This document shows positions 9,568 through 20,020 of a stretch of 64,000 bases of DNA, piece after piece. This DNA is from Clostridiales bacterium (GTDB lineage Bacteria > Bacillota > Clostridia > Christensenellales > UBA1242), in assembly GCA_015055515.1 (NCBI GenBank), contig SVIC01000002.1:2600-66599 (forward strand). Reading direction: 5' to 3'. The notes under the pieces were generated by a model. That model saw only the letters and a program-made list of their open reading frames with translations, was not told the DNA's origin and ran no database searches. Numbering within the stretch: position 1 is the first letter of the stretch; each line of letters begins with the position of its first letter. A program made the position numbers and the translations under genes.

Positions 9568-9642
9568 ACTTGTATCCTCTTGGTATAAGTATACAAAAAA
9601 AAGAAAGTTCAAGTCAAGACCTTATACTTTCTTTTTTTATAA

Positions 9643-9753
9643 CTATACATTATCTTCTTCATCAGATATATAGTCTATACTAGTTTCCTCTAATTGATCG
9701 TATCTTTTGCGATAATATTCATTCTTTAGCAATTCCTTTAGATCATAATTCAT
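9643..9753 (-). CDS. Small 36-aa acidic protein MNYDLKELLKNEYYRKRYDQLEETSIDYISDEEDNV (below the ORF-track cutoff)
   Basis: AGAGGT RBS 5 nt before the ATG, right after the stop of the 649-aa gene, followed by a hairpin plus T tract. Confidence 0.55.
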   Translation of the reverse strand: MNYDLKELLKNEYYRKRYDQLEETSIDYISDEEDNV

Positions 9754-9764
9754 GTATTTACCTC

Positions 9765-11714
9765 TTATAAATTATTTATGCCGTTATCGATAGTTCCCTG
9801 GTTAATACTATCTATTAATGTATTATATTCATAAGTATTAACGTTATTATGTTTTCCGTTATTATTTAATAGATTAGTATCTCTATTATATAGATCTCCG
9901 TTTTCATCATATACATATCTATTTGTATTAGTGATGTTGCCATCTGTATTCAGATTGTTTTCGTTAATAATACCATTTCTATTGTTATGAAAACCAGTAG
10001 TTGAATTGTCTATAACGTTATTATTATATGATTCATTATTATAAATAATATCAGAATTGTTAATATTGTCATTGGAATTTGTAGTGTTAGTCTCTACTAT
10101 ATTTGAGTCATTGTTTGTGGTATCTAAATCCTCATTATAGGTATCAATATTAGATTCTAAATTATCATCTGTCTCATCTTGATCTACTTCCATATCATCT
10201 TCGTTTGTGCCATCTAGTACGTCCTCGTTGTCATTTTCGCTTGCATTGTCTTCTACTATTACATTATCACTGTCGTCTGGTAAAACTTCATTATATTGAT
10301 TTTCAGTTGAATTATCTATAATTTCATCATTTATAACATCATTATTAGTGTCTTCTACTACAATTTCATCAGATGTATTTTCATCTATGTTAGTATCAAC
10401 TTTAGTTTCATCCTGGTTGGTATTATTAATACCATCTGTTAGGATAGTACGCAATTGTTCTAATGTAGATAGGGCAATTTGATGATAATTAATCCTTGTA
10501 TCTAGATGATTAAGGATTCTTAAATAATTACTATTCATCACATCAATGCTATTTGCGATACCTAAATTATTACTATTATTAATGTTGTTAATCTCATTAT
10601 TCAATTCGCCATTAACACTTTTTATATACTTTGTAGTCCTTTCAATGTCATGTAAATAATTTTTTATTGCTTGTACATGATGTGTTGCTGGAATCAAATC
10701 CATTTTTGAATATCTTGTACTTATATTTTTTGTATCATTAATCGAAGACAAGACCGAATTTTTTTGTTCATTTAATTTATTATTTGCTTCAATAACATCT
10801 GCTGTCATGGCATATAATTTCTGGATTTTGATCATATAAGAATTGATATTTTCTGAAGTTGTCTTTGCTTTATCACTAGAAATAAATCTAGTTTGATAAG
10901 TATTTTCTGGGGATATATTTTGCTCTTCGTAATAATAGTACATTTTTGGTTGTATATCGTTTTTATCAATTTCTTCTTCGTTATCGATTAAGAATTCTTC
11001 ATCAATATTAATATTCTCATCATCAACAACATAATCAGTTGTAGAAATTTTATTTGCGCTTAGATTTTGTTCTAATGGGTTAATATATTTGTCACCACAA
11101 TCAGTATTAGCATTATTAAATGAATTATAGTCTAAATTAGAGCAATCTCCATTTACGCATGAGAATTGGCAATTGTTGCATTTGCCCATATTGTCTATTT
11201 GTAAACTTTTGTTACAGTTGGTGCAAGTACCATTCTCATCGCAAATAATCGAGTTATTGCAATTGTTGCAAGTATTATTTTTGCAGTCGCCGTATGATTC
11301 GCCACAAATATAACAATTACCGTTGCTATCACACTTCAAGTTGTCTATTAGTTTGTCTACAAGAATATCTTGGATAAGATTGTCGGTATCGACAGTTCCT
11401 TCGTGTATATAGTCAGTAGTTGCAATACTTCTGCTAATAACTCCAGAGTCATTACTTTCCTCATTTTTATTATAATTAGTAACACTTGGATTTGGAACGA
11501 TATAGGATACAGTTGCACTATTAGGGTATATATCCGGATTAGCTAGATAGTCGTTACTTATAGTGTCAAGCTTTGTAACTGTGGTAGATAATCTGTCCAA
11601 TCTTGCATTCACATCCTTACTTAGTGTCTCACAAGTAGCTGTTGATTCTGTACAGCCAGTTAGGCAACCAGCTATAAATAAAATTGATAGAATAAAAGAT
11701 AATAATTTTTTCAT
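9765..11714 (-). CDS. Hypothetical lipoprotein with CxxC repeats and an Asn/Asp-rich low-complexity C-terminus
   Basis: Signal peptide with lipobox-like IAGC/LTGC, AGGAGG RBS, four CxxC motifs at 15-aa spacing. Confidence 0.75.
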   Translation of the reverse strand: MKKLLSFILSILFIAGCLTGCTESTATCETLSKDVNARLDRLSTTVTKLDTISNDYLANPDIYPNSATVSYIVPNPSVTNYNKNEESNDSGVISRSIATTDYIHEGTVDTDNLIQDILVDKLIDNLKCDSNGNCYICGESYGDCKNNTCNNCNNSIICDENGTCTNCNKSLQIDNMGKCNNCQFSCVNGDCSNLDYNSFNNANTDCGDKYINPLEQNLSANKISTTDYVVDDENINIDEEFLIDNEEEIDKNDIQPKMYYYYEEQNISPENTYQTRFISSDKAKTTSENINSYMIKIQKLYAMTADVIEANNKLNEQKNSVLSSINDTKNISTRYSKMDLIPATHHVQAIKNYLHDIERTTKYIKSVNGELNNEINNINNSNNLGIANSIDVMNSNYLRILNHLDTRINYHQIALSTLEQLRTILTDGINNTNQDETKVDTNIDENTSDEIVVEDTNNDVINDEIIDNSTENQYNEVLPDDSDNVIVEDNASENDNEDVLDGTNEDDMEVDQDETDDNLESNIDTYNEDLDTTNNDSNIVETNTTNSNDNINNSDIIYNNESYNNNVIDNSTTGFHNNRNGIINENNLNTDGNITNTNRYVYDENGDLYNRDTNLLNNNGKHNNVNTYEYNTLIDSINQGTIDNGINNL

Positions 11715-11832
11715 TTTAATCCTCCTAGAATTTAAGAGTAGTGTGTGATATTTTACTTAAATTATTTATCATTTTCGTGTTTTTTGATTAAAATATTTTT
11801 TTTAGTCAAAAATCTAATCAATGAGGTGCAGT

Positions 11833-12279
11833 ATGGATCAGGACAAATTAAATGAAAAATATAATCAATATGTGCAAGCAAAAATACCTAAAACAAAGAA
11901 TTTTCCATCATTATTTAATTCATTCTGGGTAGGTGGTCTTATATGCTGTATAGGTCAAGGATTGCAAGATGGTCTCATGGCATTATTTCCTACAATGAGC
12001 CTAGAAGTTGCAGGAACATGGATGCTAATAATATTAATTGTTCTGGCTAGTTTTCTTACAGGCATAGGAATATTTGATAGAATAGGTGTATTCGCAGGTG
12101 GTGGTACAATTGTTCCTATAACTGGATTTTCCAATTCGATAACAAGCCCTGCTTTGGAATTTAAGAAGGAAGGGATAATATTTGGTCTGTGTGTTAAGAT
12201 GTTTACTGTAGCTGGTCCAGTCATTGTAAATGGCATAGCGGTATCTATAATCATTGGTATAATATATCTTTTAATATAG
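11833..12279 (+). CDS. spoVAC: Stage V sporulation protein AC
   Basis: FWVGGLICCIGQ, GGGTIVPITGFSNS, GLCVKMFTVAGPVI. Confidence 0.93.
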   Translation: MDQDKLNEKYNQYVQAKIPKTKNFPSLFNSFWVGGLICCIGQGLQDGLMALFPTMSLEVAGTWMLIILIVLASFLTGIGIFDRIGVFAGGGTIVPITGFSNSITSPALEFKKEGIIFGLCVKMFTVAGPVIVNGIAVSIIIGIIYLLI

Positions 12280-12288
12280 GGAGTTAAG

Positions 12289-13302
12289 ATGTCTAAAAAA
12301 GTAGGATCACATACAATCGTTTTTACCAACAAACCATCTATTATAGGATATAGTGCAACTGCTGGTATCAAAGAGGGTTGTGGTAATTTCAAAGATTATT
12401 ACGATGTAATACTAGAAGATGATTTGTTTGGAGAAAAAACATTCGAGCATGCAGAAAGAAAGATATTTATTGAAACAATAAAAAATTCTATATCTAATAG
12501 TGGATTAAAGATAAAAGATATTGAGATCTTAGTAAGTGGCGATCTACTAAATCAAATAATTTCCTCTAGTTTTTCAGCCAGAGAACTTGGTTTGCCATAT
12601 CTGGGGTTATACGGTGCATGTAGTACTATGGCAGAGTCGTTGGCAGTAGGTGCATGTCTTGTTGATGGTAAGTATATGAAAAATGTAGCTTGTTGCACAG
12701 GTAGTCACTTCAGCAGTGCTGAGAGACAGTATAGATTTCCACTAGAGTTAGGAAATCAAAGGCCTCCAACTAGCCAATGGACTGTAACAGGAGCAGGCTG
12801 TACTATTGTATCAAATAAGAAAAGTAAAATTAAGATAGCTAGTGCTACCTTTGGCGAAGTGGTAGACTATGGTATTAATGATGTAAATAATATGGGTGCA
12901 GCAATGGCACCTGCAGCATCTTCGACACTGGTGCATCATTTCGTTGATACGAATACAAAGCCAGAAGATTATGATCTAATTGTAACAGGAGATCTTGGTA
13001 AGTTAGGTAGTGAGATATTAATAGATCTAATGGAAAGAGAAGGTTATGATCTAGGGAACGTATATAATGATTGTGGTCAAATGATGTTCCATGATAAGCA
13101 AAAATCATATCAAGGAGCATCTGGAGCAGGATGTAGTGCTATTGTGTTAAACTCTTATATTCTAAAGAAAATGGAAAAAGGTGAATATAGTAGAGTATTG
13201 TTTTGCGCAACTGGTGCACTTCTTAGTACTTTGTCTTCACAGCAAGGGGACACAATTCCTGGTATATGTCATCTTGTAGAATTAATAAGGAGCGAAGAAT
13301 AA
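12289..13302 (+). CDS. spoVAD: Stage V sporulation protein AD (DPA binding)
   Basis: GDLLNQ, GLYGACST, AERQYRFPLELG.QRP, NNMGAAMAPAA, ATGALLS. Confidence 0.97.
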   Translation: MSKKVGSHTIVFTNKPSIIGYSATAGIKEGCGNFKDYYDVILEDDLFGEKTFEHAERKIFIETIKNSISNSGLKIKDIEILVSGDLLNQIISSSFSARELGLPYLGLYGACSTMAESLAVGACLVDGKYMKNVACCTGSHFSSAERQYRFPLELGNQRPPTSQWTVTGAGCTIVSNKKSKIKIASATFGEVVDYGINDVNNMGAAMAPAASSTLVHHFVDTNTKPEDYDLIVTGDLGKLGSEILIDLMEREGYDLGNVYNDCGQMMFHDKQKSYQGASGAGCSAIVLNSYILKKMEKGEYSRVLFCATGALLSTLSSQQGDTIPGICHLVELIRSEE

Positions 13303-13667
13303 TGTTATTAATGTATCTTAAAGTATTCTTGGTTGGTGGTCTAATATGTACAATAGGTCAATTACTTATAATTAAGACAAATATTACTAGTTCAAGAATT
13401 TTAGTGCTGTTTGTAGTAATTGGTGCAATTCTGGAGGGGTTGAATTTGTATCAGCCTATTGTTGATTTCGCTGGTGCGGGCGCAACTGTTCCTATTGTCG
13501 GCTTTGGTAGAAGTCTTGCAAAAGGAGTAATAGAGGCCATTCGCGATCAAGGTGTATTAGGTATTCTTACAGGTGGCCTGACTGCAACTGCTGGTGGGAT
13601 TGCTGCTGCGGTAATTAGTGCATATATTATGGCTTTAATATTTAGTAGTAGAACAAAAAAATATTAA
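13302..13667 (+). CDS. spoVAE: Stage V sporulation protein AE (AEb type)
   Basis: FLVGGLICTIGQ, FAGAGATVPIVGFG, GILTGG. Confidence 0.93.
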   Translation: MLLMYLKVFLVGGLICTIGQLLIIKTNITSSRILVLFVVIGAILEGLNLYQPIVDFAGAGATVPIVGFGRSLAKGVIEAIRDQGVLGILTGGLTATAGGIAAAVISAYIMALIFSSRTKKY

Positions 13668-13735
13668 ATTAATGGGCATTTTGCCTATTACATATATTAT
13701 GAATAATATTATATATAATTAAATAAATATATAAT

Positions 13736-14380
13736 ATGAAAAAAGGAAAAAAGAAGATAGTTGTCTTAGTATTGACAACGATATTTGTTATTTTAATTGT
13801 TTATTTCTTTGTTTCCATTAATCATATGATATTTGATAGTACAAAATTAACGCTAGACACAGTAGCAAAAAAGGCTATCAATGCAGGGCTATCCGAGGCA
13901 ATAAGAAATCGTGCCATATATGATGAACTGGTTAGTATTACGCATGGTGACGATGGTAAGATATCTCTTATTCAAATTAAATCATATGAAGCAAATAATA
14001 TATGTAATATGGTGGTAGATGGTACAGAGAAAAACTTAAAATTATTAGGAAATGAGGGGGTTGTGTTAACAACTGGTATGTTAAGCAACATTCCTATTTT
14101 AGGTGCTTTTGGTGGCAAGATAAATCTTAAATTTCAACAAATTGGTACTGCGTATTGTAATTATTTTTCGAAGTTTGTATCTGCTGGTATTAATCAAAAC
14201 ATCCACAGATTATATGTTGAGGTAAGGGCTAGCATTGGCATTGTTTTTCCTTTCCATACAGAAAAAGTGGATGTTGTTCAGCAATTATTATTGTGTGAGA
14301 ATGTAATAATTGGTGAGGTGCCTTATACATATCTGCAGTCTACTGAATTAGACCCGCTTCTTAACCTTATTCCTTCTTAA
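13736..14380 (+). CDS. yunB: Sporulation protein YunB
   Basis: N-terminal TM, F.SAGINQ..H.LY, E.VIIGEVP. Confidence 0.85.
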   Translation: MKKGKKKIVVLVLTTIFVILIVYFFVSINHMIFDSTKLTLDTVAKKAINAGLSEAIRNRAIYDELVSITHGDDGKISLIQIKSYEANNICNMVVDGTEKNLKLLGNEGVVLTTGMLSNIPILGAFGGKINLKFQQIGTAYCNYFSKFVSAGINQNIHRLYVEVRASIGIVFPFHTEKVDVVQQLLLCENVIIGEVPYTYLQSTELDPLLNLIPS

Positions 14381-14479
14381 TTATTTATTGTGAGTTTTTG
14401 GATATATATTATTATGTAAATAATTGTAATTTTACATTTTTTATGCTAGAATAAACTAGATATTTTTTACTTAGGAGAA

Positions 14480-17104
14480 ATGCATTATATGATTTTTGAT
14501 CGTAATAAGATGTCTCCAATGATGAGGCAGTATGTAGATACAAAAGAAGAATATAAGGACTGTATACTACTATATAGGTTGGGCGATTTCTATGAATTAT
14601 TTTTTGATGATGCTGTAACTTGTAGTAGGGTACTATCTCTTACTTTAACATCAAAGGAAGCTGGTTCTGGTCAGAAGGCTCCTATGTGTGGTGTACCGGC
14701 AAAAGCAATAGATACCTATGTGCAAAAGTTAATTGAAGAAGGGTACAAGGTTGCAATATGCGAGCAAACCGATGAGATGGGCACAGACAAGGTATTAAAA
14801 AGGGACATTACTAGAATAATTACCCCTGGTACAGTAGTGGAATCTACCATATTAGATGGTGGGAGTAATAATTATCTTGCATCACTATATGCCGAAGGTA
14901 ATAAGGTGGGCGTGAGCTATATAGACATATCCACTGGTGAATTCTATCTATCCGAATTAGAGGATGATATATATTTGAAGCTAAATGATTTATTATCTGT
15001 CATAAAGCCAAAGGAGATCATTGCAAATACTGAGAGTCAGATGTATGAAGAATCACTGCCTGTTGTCAAATCTTCGATAGTGCCAGCCTTTTCATATAAC
15101 GTGGGTGTAGATTATGATTTGTCAAAAGCAAAAGATATATTGTTGAAGCAGTTGAATGCATCATCATTAAAGCAATTTAACTGTTCTAATAAATATCTAG
15201 CAATAACAAGTGCTGGTGCACTTTTGCAATATGTATACCATACACAAAGAAGGGACTTGTCACATATTAATAGTATTAATATTGTGGACCTGAGCAAATA
15301 TGTTCAAATAGATGCTAATTCTAGAAGGAATTTGGAACTAACTGAAAATAGTAGAGATGGTGGAAAAAAAGGCTCTCTTTGTTGGGTTTTAGACAAAACC
15401 AAAACGAATATGGGTAAGAGAACTCTTAAGCATTTTGTTGAAAATCCTTTGGTATCAGAAGCTGATATTAATTATAGACTTAATGGTGTAGAAGAATTCG
15501 TTAAGAATATTGTAGCAAGGGAACAAATCAAGGATTTGCTTAACCATATATATGATATCGAGAGATTAACTGGTAAGATTAGTTATAATAATTTAACACC
15601 AAAAGATTGTTTGGCTCTAAGTAAAAGCTTGAAGAATATTCCACAGATTTGTTCAGTTCTAAGCACATTTAATTCTAAAATAATAAAAGATTTAATGCTA
15701 GACTTATATGATTATTCCGATATTGTAGATATGATTGATAGAGCAATATATGAAGATTGCACCAACAATGTAAAAGAAGGTGGCTTTATCAAGCGTGGCT
15801 TCAATGCAGAATTAGATGAAATAATATCATTACAACAGAATTCTTCACAATTATTGAATGAGTTAGAGTCTGCAGAGAAATCAATTAGCGGTATTCAGAA
15901 GTTGAAGGTTGGGTATAATCGTGTATTTGGATATTATATAGAAGTGCCAAAAAGTGCGCTAGATAGTGTTCCTTTTAGATACATTAGAAAACAGACACTG
16001 GCTAATTGTGAGAGATTTATTACAGAAGAGCTTAAAGCGTTGGAAGAAAAAATCTTAAGTGCGAATGATAAGAAATTGATATTGGAATTGGAACTGTTTA
16101 CAGACATAAGAAATATACTGTTAACAAAGGTGAAAAATCTACAAAGTACATCTAAAGCAATAGGAATCCTTGATACACTGGTATCCTTTGCAACGGTATC
16201 CGTAGAGAGAAACTATGTTAAGCCAATATTACAGAAAAGTAATACAAAGTTGGAAATTATAGGTGGTAGGCATCCAGTTGTGGAGATTGCATTAAAGAAT
16301 GACTTTGTTCCCAATGACACTATTATGAATAACGAAGACTCAAGAACAATGCTGATAACTGGACCAAATATGGCAGGCAAGAGTACCTATATGAGACAGG
16401 TTGCACTTATTACCATAATGGCACAAATTGGTTGTTTTGTGCCTGCGAAATCTGCAAAAATTTCTATTATGGATAGGATTTTTACTAGAATTGGTGCGAG
16501 CGATAATCTGATGTTTGGTCAGAGTACATTTATGGTCGAGATGTTAGAAGTAAGCAATATTTTACATAATGCAACTAATAATAGCCTTATACTGCTGGAT
16601 GAAATAGGCAGGGGAACAAGTACTTTTGATGGCTTGAGTATTGCGTGGGCGATAATGGAGTATATTGCTAACAATTTCTATTGTAAAACATTATTTTCTA
16701 CACATTTTCATGAGTTAACTGATTTAGAAGGGATACTTGACGGTGTCAAGAACTATAAAGTTCAGGTAAAGGAATATGATAATAGTATTATATTCCTTAG
16801 AAAAATTGTTAGAGGCAGTGCTAATCAAAGTTTCGGAATACAAGTTGCTGCGCTTGCAGAGTTGCCAGAAGTGGTTATAGAAAAAGCTAACAAGATTCTT
16901 CATAGCCTTGAACAACATGATCTTAATAAGAATCTTATTAATGATACCTTAGAAGTGAATAGTAATGATAATGTAGAAATGGAACACCGCAGAAAAATGA
17001 ATGAGGTTTGTTCTATATTAAATGATCTAGATGTCAATCAGTTAACACCTCTTAGTGCATTTGATATATTGGTGCAGTTAAAAAATACGATAAAAAAGGA
17101 TTAA
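14480..17104 (+). CDS. mutS: DNA mismatch repair protein MutS
   Basis: SPMMRQY, YRLGDFYELF, TGPNMAGKST, STFMVEM, DEIGRGTST; start may be 14489. Confidence 0.98.
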   Translation: MHYMIFDRNKMSPMMRQYVDTKEEYKDCILLYRLGDFYELFFDDAVTCSRVLSLTLTSKEAGSGQKAPMCGVPAKAIDTYVQKLIEEGYKVAICEQTDEMGTDKVLKRDITRIITPGTVVESTILDGGSNNYLASLYAEGNKVGVSYIDISTGEFYLSELEDDIYLKLNDLLSVIKPKEIIANTESQMYEESLPVVKSSIVPAFSYNVGVDYDLSKAKDILLKQLNASSLKQFNCSNKYLAITSAGALLQYVYHTQRRDLSHINSINIVDLSKYVQIDANSRRNLELTENSRDGGKKGSLCWVLDKTKTNMGKRTLKHFVENPLVSEADINYRLNGVEEFVKNIVAREQIKDLLNHIYDIERLTGKISYNNLTPKDCLALSKSLKNIPQICSVLSTFNSKIIKDLMLDLYDYSDIVDMIDRAIYEDCTNNVKEGGFIKRGFNAELDEIISLQQNSSQLLNELESAEKSISGIQKLKVGYNRVFGYYIEVPKSALDSVPFRYIRKQTLANCERFITEELKALEEKILSANDKKLILELELFTDIRNILLTKVKNLQSTSKAIGILDTLVSFATVSVERNYVKPILQKSNTKLEIIGGRHPVVEIALKNDFVPNDTIMNNEDSRTMLITGPNMAGKSTYMRQVALITIMAQIGCFVPAKSAKISIMDRIFTRIGASDNLMFGQSTFMVEMLEVSNILHNATNNSLILLDEIGRGTSTFDGLSIAWAIMEYIANNFYCKTLFSTHFHELTDLEGILDGVKNYKVQVKEYDNSIIFLRKIVRGSANQSFGIQVAALAELPEVVIEKANKILHSLEQHDLNKNLINDTLEVNSNDNVEMEHRRKMNEVCSILNDLDVNQLTPLSAFDILVQLKNTIKKD

Positions 17105-17107
17105 CGA

Positions 17108-19054
17108 ATGCCAAAGATTAATATTTTAGATAAATCGGTATATAGTTTAATAGCGGCTGGTGAGGTAATAGAAAAACCAGCCAGTGTTGTAAAAGAATTG
17201 TTGGAGAACTCTATTGATGCTGGATCGCATAATATTGAACTTGAGATTAAAGGCGGTGGTATAGATTATGTTAGAGTTACCGATGATGGTTGTGGAATAG
17301 CGAAGGAAGATATGTCCGTAGCTTTCATGCCACATACAACCAGCAAGATACTTAATGCAGAAGATTTATATAATATATCTACACTGGGTTTTAGAGGAGA
17401 GGCGTTATCTACAATTACTGCTGTTAGTAAAGTAACGATGATATCAAAAACAGCCGACTCTGATAGTGGTAATATTCTAAAAATCAATGCTGGGGAAATA
17501 ATAAAATTAGAGCCGATAGGGGCGTCTGATGGTACAACTATCATAGTTGAAGATTTGTTCTATAATATACCGGCAAGAAAGAAGTTCTTAAGAAAAGCAA
17601 AACAAGAAGAAAATGATATTACAAATATAGTATCTAGAATAATATTGTCACATCCTGATGTGTGTATAAAATATGTAGCGGATGACAAGATAATATATTC
17701 ATCATCTGGAACTGGTCTATTTGATTCAATTTATTCTATTTATGGGAAGAGCATAGTAGGTAATATATATCCGATTAATTTTGAAACTGATATATTTAAG
17801 GTAGCAGGATATATTGGTGGAATTAATTACACTAAACCAAATAGAACTTATCAAACGCTAATTGTAAATGGTAGATATGTAATTAATCAGCAAATAGCCA
17901 CTGCAATATATAAAGCATATGAAAGTTATATGATGAAAAATAACTTTCCATTCTTTGTATTAAATATGACAATAGACAATAACCTAGTAGATGTGAACGT
18001 GCATCCTAATAAGCTAGATATAAAGTTTTCATGTGGTAATAAAATTTTTGAAACATTCTTGGTAGAAATATCAAAGGCAATTCTTGATAATATAAATATC
18101 GATAATGTGGTATTAACTAATGATGAAAGCAAGGATATTCAACCTGAAATAAATTTAGAAAATTTGCAAAAGTTGGATGAGAATCTTGGGGTTAGTTATA
18201 AACCTAAAGAAGATAATAAACAAGAAACTGGGCCAATATTAAGACCACAAGAGGTTACAATAAGTGACAACCCAACCAACGTACTTATGGACTATAACTA
18301 TAAAACGAGAGGAGAGGGTAATATATTTGCCAAGCCAGAAAATGATATAGTTCTGCATTCTCCAAGTGCTCTTGAAGTTGCAATGCAAGAAACAAAAGAA
18401 AAATTTAACAATGCTACGCAATCAGCAATGTTTGACACAGACATAGTCAATAATGACAAAATAATAAATGTTAATGACAATAACACTAGGGTTGTTGGAA
18501 TTTTATTTGACACTTATATAATAATTGAAGAAGGTGATCATATTTATTTTATAGATCAACATGCTGGTCATGAGAGGGTTCTATTTGATAAATATATACA
18601 AGAGTATAATAATTCTAGTGTATATACTCAACCGATGTTAATACCTTATATATTAGATGTAAATCCAACAGAGGCAAGTTATATTGATGAAAATATCGAG
18701 ACTTTTAGCAAGCTTGGCTTTGTAATAGATCTATTTGGTAAAAACAAATATAGAGTGTCTGAGATTCCTGGGTCTCTTCCGACTATCAGTATTAAATCAT
18801 TCTTTGATGAGGTACTGTCTAATATTAATAACGCAAGGTTAACATTAACCAGTAGTGATATTGTGCGCGACTATATAGCTAAGACTGCATGTAAACATGC
18901 TATAAAAGCCAACGATAAATTAGATATTTCACAAATAGAATATTTGATTAAATTGCTAGATACTACACCAGTTCTACTTTGTCCGCATGGTAGACCGATA
19001 GTGTTAAAAATAACAAAAAAAGAAATAGAGAAATGGTTCAAGAGAATAGTATAA
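17108..19054 (+). CDS. mutL: DNA mismatch repair endonuclease MutL
   Basis: IAAGEVIE.PASVVKELLENSIDAG, GFRGEAL, DVNVHP, DQHAGHER, CPHGRP. Confidence 0.98.
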   Translation: MPKINILDKSVYSLIAAGEVIEKPASVVKELLENSIDAGSHNIELEIKGGGIDYVRVTDDGCGIAKEDMSVAFMPHTTSKILNAEDLYNISTLGFRGEALSTITAVSKVTMISKTADSDSGNILKINAGEIIKLEPIGASDGTTIIVEDLFYNIPARKKFLRKAKQEENDITNIVSRIILSHPDVCIKYVADDKIIYSSSGTGLFDSIYSIYGKSIVGNIYPINFETDIFKVAGYIGGINYTKPNRTYQTLIVNGRYVINQQIATAIYKAYESYMMKNNFPFFVLNMTIDNNLVDVNVHPNKLDIKFSCGNKIFETFLVEISKAILDNINIDNVVLTNDESKDIQPEINLENLQKLDENLGVSYKPKEDNKQETGPILRPQEVTISDNPTNVLMDYNYKTRGEGNIFAKPENDIVLHSPSALEVAMQETKEKFNNATQSAMFDTDIVNNDKIINVNDNNTRVVGILFDTYIIIEEGDHIYFIDQHAGHERVLFDKYIQEYNNSSVYTQPMLIPYILDVNPTEASYIDENIETFSKLGFVIDLFGKNKYRVSEIPGSLPTISIKSFFDEVLSNINNARLTLTSSDIVRDYIAKTACKHAIKANDKLDISQIEYLIKLLDTTPVLLCPHGRPIVLKITKKEIEKWFKRIV

Positions 19055-19995
19055 AATATAATTGTATAATAATTTTAGGTCCAACAGCTTGTGGCAAAAC
19101 TTCAATTTCGATTGAATTGGCAAAGGAACTAAATACTGAAATTATTAGTGCTGACAGCATGCAAATATATAAAGATCTTAATATTGGCTCTGCAAAAGTA
19201 ACGCAACAAGAAGCTCAAGGTATACAGCATCATATGATAGATATTATTCCATCCGATGCTACTTTTTCTGTATCTGAATACAAGATATTAGCAGAAAAAA
19301 TTGCAAGTAGAATGATTGAAGAATCTAAAATACCTATTATTGCTGGTGGTACAGGGTTTTACTTAACAGCATTGATAGAGAATAATATCTATGGGTTATG
19401 TGAGGGTGATAACAGTATTAGACAGAAATATATTCAGATCGCAAGTGAGAAGGGTAATATTTATGTACATAATATATTAAATAAAATAGACCCTGTATCA
19501 GCACAAAAATTACATCCAAACGATATTAAAAGAGTGATAAGAGCTATTGAAATATATGAAGTTACTGGCAAAACAAAAACGGAATTAGAACTGGAAAATA
19601 AAAAACAAATATCTAATTCCATATTGCATCCTTTGATTATTGGATTGAATTTATCGACTAGAGAGAAATTGTATTCCAAGATAGACAAAAGAGTAGATAT
19701 TATGTTTGAAGAAGGGCTCCTAGATGAAGTAAAACATTTAATCTGTGATAAAGGCCTGACTATTAACAATCAATCTATGCAGGGGATTGGATACAAAGAA
19801 TTTTTTGATTATTTTTCTGGCAATGCAACTATAGATGAAACGAAATCAAAAATATGCCTAAATACAAGACACTATGCAAAAAGACAGCTTACTTATTTTA
19901 ATAAATTTAATATAGAGAAGTGGTATAATACAGATGAAATAAGTGTAGATGACATAGTATTAGATATTTGCAATATGTATTTTAATAAAAAATAG
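19033..19995 (+). CDS. miaA: tRNA dimethylallyltransferase
   Basis: GPTACGKT, DSMQIY, GGTGFY, IGYKE, TRHYAKRQ. Confidence 0.97.
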   Translation: MVQENSIKYNCIIILGPTACGKTSISIELAKELNTEIISADSMQIYKDLNIGSAKVTQQEAQGIQHHMIDIIPSDATFSVSEYKILAEKIASRMIEESKIPIIAGGTGFYLTALIENNIYGLCEGDNSIRQKYIQIASEKGNIYVHNILNKIDPVSAQKLHPNDIKRVIRAIEIYEVTGKTKTELELENKKQISNSILHPLIIGLNLSTREKLYSKIDKRVDIMFEEGLLDEVKHLICDKGLTINNQSMQGIGYKEFFDYFSGNATIDETKSKICLNTRHYAKRQLTYFNKFNIEKWYNTDEISVDDIVLDICNMYFNKK

Positions 19996-20020
19996 ACTAT
20001 GAGTTATTAGTCTATTTTTT
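19987..20020. terminator. Bidirectional terminator between miaA and the convergent gene
   Basis: AAAAAATAGACTA...TAGTCTATTTTTT. Confidence 0.7.
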
